This document shows positions 43,873 through 48,231 of a DNA stretch of 48,231 nucleotides, one piece after another. The first letter of the stretch is position 1; every line of letters starts with the position of its first letter. Location: assembly GCA_046727755.1 (NCBI GenBank), contig JBKPDG010000002.1, positions 1 through 48,231 on the forward strand, given 5' to 3'. Under the pieces are notes generated by a model. It made no database searches, was not told where the DNA came from, and saw only the letters and a program-made list of their open reading frames with translations. This DNA comes from Actinomycetota bacterium. Lineage in GTDB: Bacteria; Actinomycetota; Acidimicrobiia; IMCC26256; JACDBD01. The position numbers and the translations under genes were made by a program.

Positions 43873-45039
43873 TTATTCGTCGAGTCTGAAGATCCGGACT
43901 GCGTTCCCGCCGATCATCCGGTCGCGCTCGTCAGCGGGAATGTTGCCCATCGTGTCCTCGATGACCTTGCGCGAATACGGCCAGTCGTTGCCGTGGTGCG
44001 GGTAGTCGCTCGACCACATGATCGTGTCGACCCCGACTCGCTCGCGTAGCTCGATGCCGGACCGGTCGGTGATGAACGTGGCGCTGTTGTTGCGCCGCCA
44101 GTAGAAGGACGGCGGCTCGCTGATCGGCAGCTCACCCCACGAGCGGTTGCGCCAGTACTTGTCGTCCAGCATCTCGATGAAGTGCGGTAGCCAGCCCACG
44201 CCGATCTCGATCCACGCGATGTGGAGCGCGGGGAACCGGTCGAAGACGCCAGTGAAGATCATCTGCGAGATGTTCCCGGCCGACATCGAGAACACGTGGC
44301 TAAGGCTGCCGACGGCCTTCGCCTTCGTCGCCTCCCCCTTGCCGCCGTACATCTTGTTGCCGGCCTTCGCCGCCGCCTGCCGCTGTCGCATGCGTTGTTC
44401 CCGGCTGACGATGTTGATGTGCACGGTGACCGGCATTCCCTCGTCGACGGCTGCCGCCCAGAAAGGGTCGTCCGCGGTCGAGACGCTCTCCCCGCCCGAC
44501 GGCCAGTTCGAGATCACCACGCCCCTGGCGCCCCGCGCCTTCGCCTTGCGCAGCCCGTCGATGGCGGAGTCGATCCCGAGCGAGGGGATCTGCGGCATGC
44601 CGATGAGTCGCGCCGGGTCGGGCGCGCAGAACTCCTCGAACAGGAAGTTGTTGTACGCCTCGACCCCGGCGAGGACGAAGTCGGGATCCTCGTCGCCGAG
44701 GAAGTGGCTCATCGTGCGCTGGGGCGGAAACAGCACCTCGGCGTCGACGCCATCGATGTCCATGTCCTTGACGCGTGCCGCGCCGTTGTAGCAACCGCGT
44801 CGAGCTTCGTCGTACGTGACGCCCAGCCACCGGAACTGGTCGAACGGCATCCCGGGCGTCGAGACGAGCCCGATCGGGTCGGGATCGCCGCCGACCGCGG
44901 TCAGCCATGCGTCTCCACCCTCGGCGTCCTTGACGAGCTTGGGCGCCTTCTCCTGGTACTTCTCCGGCAGCCAGTTCTGCCAGATGTCGGGCGGCTCGAG
45001 AATGTGGCAGTCGGCGTCGACGATGCGGTACGAGGTCAT
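43873..45039 (-). CDS. Amidohydrolase-2 family metal-dependent hydrolase/decarboxylase
   Basis: MTSYRIVDADCHILEPPDIW... (HxH), ...VHINIV..., ...WSSDYPHHGNDW. I prefer the ATG at 45039 to the ORF-track 45105. Confidence 0.9.
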   Translation of the reverse strand: MTSYRIVDADCHILEPPDIWQNWLPEKYQEKAPKLVKDAEGGDAWLTAVGGDPDPIGLVSTPGMPFDQFRWLGVTYDEARRGCYNGAARVKDMDIDGVDAEVLFPPQRTMSHFLGDEDPDFVLAGVEAYNNFLFEEFCAPDPARLIGMPQIPSLGIDSAIDGLRKAKARGARGVVISNWPSGGESVSTADDPFWAAAVDEGMPVTVHINIVSREQRMRQRQAAAKAGNKMYGGKGEATKAKAVGSLSHVFSMSAGNISQMIFTGVFDRFPALHIAWIEIGVGWLPHFIEMLDDKYWRNRSWGELPISEPPSFYWRRNNSATFITDRSGIELRERVGVDTIMWSSDYPHHGNDWPYSRKVIEDTMGNIPADERDRMIGGNAVRIFRLDE

Positions 45040-45147
45040 GCCGGCGTTCCTCCGTGCGAGGGTGTAGCTCTGACCGGGACGATTTTGCTCAGGGTAGCCT
45101 GACACGAGCGTCAGGTCGACGGCCCAGGCCGAGGTCTGCGAGGTGGA

Positions 45148-47496
45148 GTGGCGATGACGGAACCGTTACTGGCCGGTGTGCGCGTCGTCGACCTCGCCGG
45201 TGAGCCGGCGGCGATGGCAGGGCGCATCCTCGCCGACCTCGGCGCCGAGGTCGTGCTCGTCGAGCCGCCCGGCGGGCATCCGTTGCGGGCGCAACCCCAC
45301 CGCTTCCTCGCGTGGGCCGCGGGCAAGACGAGCGTCGTCGTCGACCACCCCGACGATGCCCGACTCGACGAGCTGCTCGCGACCGCCGACGCCGTGATCG
45401 AAACGCCCGGGTTCCCGGGCTCGTGGGAGCTCGACCCGGAGCGCGCGCCGCACGCCGTCTGGGTGAGTGTCACGCCCTTCGGCCGCACCGGACCGCGATC
45501 GGCGTGGCGGGCGTCCGACCTCGGCGTGATGGCGTCGAGCGGGAACATGTATGCGACCGGCGATCCCGACCGTCCGCCGGTGCGCTGCAGCGAGCCGTCG
45601 GGATACGCCCACGTCGGCGGGGAGACGGCATACGCAGTGCTCGCCGCGTTGGCGTCGGGCCCGCCACTGCGGGTGGACGTCTCGATGCAGGAGGTCATCT
45701 TCGTCGCCAACATGGTCGGGGTCGCGCAGTTTCCGAAGACACGACATCGGGGCACGCGCGGCGGCGCCAACATCGGCCGCACGCGCGAGATCTGGCCCTG
45801 CAAGGACGGTTGGATCTCGTTCGGGTTGCGCGCTGGCAAGGCGCGCGTCCCGAGCCTCACGACCCTCACCAGACTCGTCACTGAGGAGACCGGCGTCGAC
45901 GCTGGTGTGCTGACCCATTGGGACTGGAACGACTTCTCGCAGAACACAGCTTCTGACGACGAGCTCAAGGCCATCGAACAGCCGGTGGCCGAGTACTTCG
46001 CCCGCCACACCATGCAGGAGCTCTACGAGATCGCGTGCGAGACGAACCTCATGCTCGCCCCGTGCAACTCGCCACGGGAAATCTACGCGAGCGCGCAACT
46101 CGCGGCGCGCGAGTTCTTCGTGCCGGTGGGCGACGTTGGCCGCTTCCCGCGCTCGTTCGTGGTCGTCTCGAGCGGCGACGGCGCGGCCGCGCCGGCGCGG
46201 CCGTCCGGTCCGGCACCCGAGTTGGGCGCACTCGACTCCGCCACGTTGGGTCGGAAACCGGTGCCAGGCGCGGGGTCAGCGACCCAACGGGCGGGGCGAG
46301 CGGCGTGGGACCGCACGAACATCCTCGAGTTCGGGTCCGGGGCGGCGGGGCCGATCGCGACGCGCTACTTCGTAGAGCACGGAGCGACCGTGTTGCGCGT
46401 CGAGTCACGAAGTCGCCCCGACTTCCTGCGGGTGTACGCGCTGGGGCCCGACAACCCGCACGGCCTCGAGGGCGCGCCGATGTTCGACGGGCTCAACGTG
46501 AGCAAGCGGAGCGTCACGCTCAACCTCAAGCATCCCGAGGGTGTCGCCGTCGCCAAGCGGCTCGTCACCGAATGGGCCGACGCCGTCGTGGAGAACTTCG
46601 CGCCCCGAGCGATGCGCGGCTTCGGGCTCGACTACGAGACGCTCGCCGCCGGCAAACCCGACCTCGTGATGGTCAGCTCGTGCCTCCAGGGCCAGACCGG
46701 CCCGCACCGCAACTACCCCGGGTTCGGCAGCCAGGGCGCGGCGCTCGCCGGCTTCAACTGGCTGACGGGATGGCCGGATCGCGAGCCCGTCGGGCCGTAC
46801 GCCACGATCACCGACTCGCTTGCGCCGCGTTTCGTCGCGTCCGCGCTGGCGGCGGGCCTGCTCTACCGCCGGCGGACCGGCCGCGGTGTGTACCTCGACG
46901 TCGCCCAGGTCGAAGCGGGCAGCTACTCGCTCAGTCCCTGGCTGCTCGACTACGAGATCGACGGCGTCATCGGCACGCGCATGGGAAACCGCTCGCCCCG
47001 GGCGGTACCGCATGGCGCGTTCGCGTGCCAGGGCGAGGATCGTTGGATCGCCATCACGTGCTGGACCGACGACGAGTGGGCACGGCTCACCGGCATCCTC
47101 GGTTTCGACGATCCGTCACTCGCCACGCTCGACGCGCGTCTCGAGCGCGTCGATGAGGTCGAGGCCGCGGTCGTGGCGTGGACGCAGACGCGGACGCGCG
47201 AGGAGGCCGCCGACCTGCTGCAGGCGGCAGGGATCGAGGCCGTCCCCGTGCAGGACTTCGGCGACGTCCACCAGGACCCACAGGTGCAGCACCGGGAGCA
47301 TTTCGTCCCGCTCACCCACCCGTACATGGGCGACGGCCTCTACGAGCGCACCGGTACGCGTGTCGGCGACGCGCCCCACGGCTACGACCGGTCGGGCCCG
47401 ACGCTGGGCCAGGACAACGACTGGGTGCTCGGCGAGGTGCTCGGTCTCGCGCCGGACGAACGGAAGCGCCTCGAAGCCGACGGCGCGTTGGACTAG
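45148..47496 (+). CDS. Tandem-fused family III (CaiB/BaiF) CoA-transferase, two modules in one 782-aa chain
   Basis: The module 1 N-terminus is LAGVRVVDLAGEPAAMAGRILADLGAEVVLVEPPGG. Module 2 starts again at NILEFGSGAAGPIATRYFVEHGATVLRVESRSRPD. The start is GTG 45148 or ATG 45154. Confidence 0.9.
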   Translation: MAMTEPLLAGVRVVDLAGEPAAMAGRILADLGAEVVLVEPPGGHPLRAQPHRFLAWAAGKTSVVVDHPDDARLDELLATADAVIETPGFPGSWELDPERAPHAVWVSVTPFGRTGPRSAWRASDLGVMASSGNMYATGDPDRPPVRCSEPSGYAHVGGETAYAVLAALASGPPLRVDVSMQEVIFVANMVGVAQFPKTRHRGTRGGANIGRTREIWPCKDGWISFGLRAGKARVPSLTTLTRLVTEETGVDAGVLTHWDWNDFSQNTASDDELKAIEQPVAEYFARHTMQELYEIACETNLMLAPCNSPREIYASAQLAAREFFVPVGDVGRFPRSFVVVSSGDGAAAPARPSGPAPELGALDSATLGRKPVPGAGSATQRAGRAAWDRTNILEFGSGAAGPIATRYFVEHGATVLRVESRSRPDFLRVYALGPDNPHGLEGAPMFDGLNVSKRSVTLNLKHPEGVAVAKRLVTEWADAVVENFAPRAMRGFGLDYETLAAGKPDLVMVSSCLQGQTGPHRNYPGFGSQGAALAGFNWLTGWPDREPVGPYATITDSLAPRFVASALAAGLLYRRRTGRGVYLDVAQVEAGSYSLSPWLLDYEIDGVIGTRMGNRSPRAVPHGAFACQGEDRWIAITCWTDDEWARLTGILGFDDPSLATLDARLERVDEVEAAVVAWTQTRTREEAADLLQAAGIEAVPVQDFGDVHQDPQVQHREHFVPLTHPYMGDGLYERTGTRVGDAPHGYDRSGPTLGQDNDWVLGEVLGLAPDERKRLEADGALD

Positions 47497-47556
47497 CTCG
47501 ACGGGGCGGTTGCATCGCCAGAAGCTCTCGCGGACGATGCGAGTAGTTTTCGTTGC

Positions 47557-48231
47557 GTGGACCTGCGCTATTCGTCGGACGACGACGCGTTCCGGACCGA
47601 AGCGCGCGAGTGGCTGACGGGCCAACTCACGGGTGAGTTCGCGGTCGTACGCGGGCGTGGCGGCCCGGGCGACGAGCACGCCCTGTTCGACGAGCGCCTC
47701 GCTTGGGAGCGCGCCCTCGGCGCCGCACGGTGGACGTGCCTGTCGTTCCCGCAGGAGTACGGCGGCCGCGACGCGACGCTGCTCCAGCAGGTCATCTTCT
47801 ACGAGGAGTACGCGCGCGCTGCTGGCCCGGGCCGGGTCGGGATCGTCGGCGAGGGGCTCATCGGCCCAACGATCCTGCACTTCGGCACCGACGAGCAGAA
47901 GCGCCGCTTCTTGCCGAAGATCGCGTCGGGTGAGGAGATCTGGTGCCAGGGCTACTCGGAGCCGAACGCGGGCTCCGACCTCGCCAATGTGCAGACACGC
48001 GCCGAACGCGACGGCGACGAGTGGGTGATCACAGGCCAGAAGATCTGGACGTCGCTCGCGCACTGGGCCGACTGGTGCTTCGTTCTCTGCCGCACCGACC
48101 GCGACGCGCCGCGTCACCGCGGCATCTCCTATCTGCTCGTGCCGATGCGCCAGCCGGGGATCGAGATCCGTCCCATCGTCCAGCTGACCGGCACGTCCGA
48201 GTTCAACGAGGTGTTCTTCGACGGCGCCCGC
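47557..48231 (+). CDS. Acyl-CoA dehydrogenase, N-terminal part (continues beyond window end)
   Basis: The GTG at 47557 gives VDLRYSSDDDAFRTEAREWL...FPQEYGGRDATLLQQVIFYEEYARA...WCQGYSEPNAGSDLANVQTRAERDGDEWVITGQKIWTS. It is open to the window edge and is not listed in the ORF track. Confidence 0.9.
   Translation, partial: MDLRYSSDDDAFRTEAREWLTGQLTGEFAVVRGRGGPGDEHALFDERLAWERALGAARWTCLSFPQEYGGRDATLLQQVIFYEEYARAAGPGRVGIVGEGLIGPTILHFGTDEQKRRFLPKIASGEEIWCQGYSEPNAGSDLANVQTRAERDGDEWVITGQKIWTSLAHWADWCFVLCRTDRDAPRHRGISYLLVPMRQPGIEIRPIVQLTGTSEFNEVFFDGAR

Noticed and set aside
45098-45115. Inverted repeat CCTGAC-N6-GTCAGG between the amidohydrolase and the CoA-transferase, and the tandem GCCTGCTT x2 at 36773-36788.
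   Set aside because: The arms and units are short (6-8 nt), so they are compatible with chance. There is no supporting second copy or known consensus.
1-48231. Search for tRNA/rRNA genes, CRISPR repeats, IS elements, integrases and long direct or terminal inverted repeats.
   Set aside because: I recognised none by eye. No T-loop/acceptor patterns, no regularly spaced repeats and no transposase- or integrase-like ORFs are present in the six-frame track. A tRNAscan/Infernal/ISfinder run would be needed for certainty.

Overview
This is a high-G+C, actinobacterial-type chromosomal segment carrying about 50 densely packed genes. I recognised no rRNA, tRNA, CRISPR array, transposase, integrase or prophage genes by eye.

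Gene content, left to right:
- The 5' end of the dcw cluster on the minus strand: mraZ, rsmH, ftsL and the start of ftsI.
- An LLM oxidoreductase.
- An HNH nuclease plus a hidden small ORF, placed divergently from a MoxR-DUF58-transglutaminase triad.
- MerR/DUF3040.
- A NUDIX-DinB-oxidoreductase run.
- A long minus-strand metabolic run: pfkA, tesB, ltaE, SDR, PIG-L.
- glpK, plsC and a TetR regulator, then an aminotransferase and a HAD hydrolase.
- A CYP125-like P450 divergent from an enoyl-CoA hydratase/thioesterase pair, with a KstR-type operator between them.
- A Tat-exported phospholipase C.
- A tightly overlapped minus-strand operon: membrane protein, SRPBCC, ArsA/Get3-like ATPase, 89-aa ORF, ROK glucokinase, LLM. 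Upstream of it lie GT4, MFS and ferredoxin reductase genes.
- A CoA-thioester cassette: ADP-forming acyl-CoA synthetase, crotonase, SCPx-type thiolase and a DUF35 protein.
- A lower-G+C patch with a frame-broken Pro/Thr-repeat ORF, an ECF sigma/anti-sigma pair and about 550 nt of structured non-coding DNA.
- An amidohydrolase, a tandem-fused family III CoA-transferase and the start of an acyl-CoA dehydrogenase.

Many ORF-track entries are N-terminally over-extended or are antisense artefacts of the high G+C content. I re-assigned starts where the sequence supports it.

I do not see a clear-cut novel defence-type system. The most interesting signals are:
- the KstR-box/CYP125-like steroid-type module;
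- the hydratase/retro-aldolase-like cassette;
- the broken Pro/Thr-repeat gene beside the ECF pair;
- a lipoprotein gene interrupted by an in-frame TAG;
- the pseudo-heterodimeric CoA-transferase fusion;
- structured RNA and operator elements in the dcw leader.
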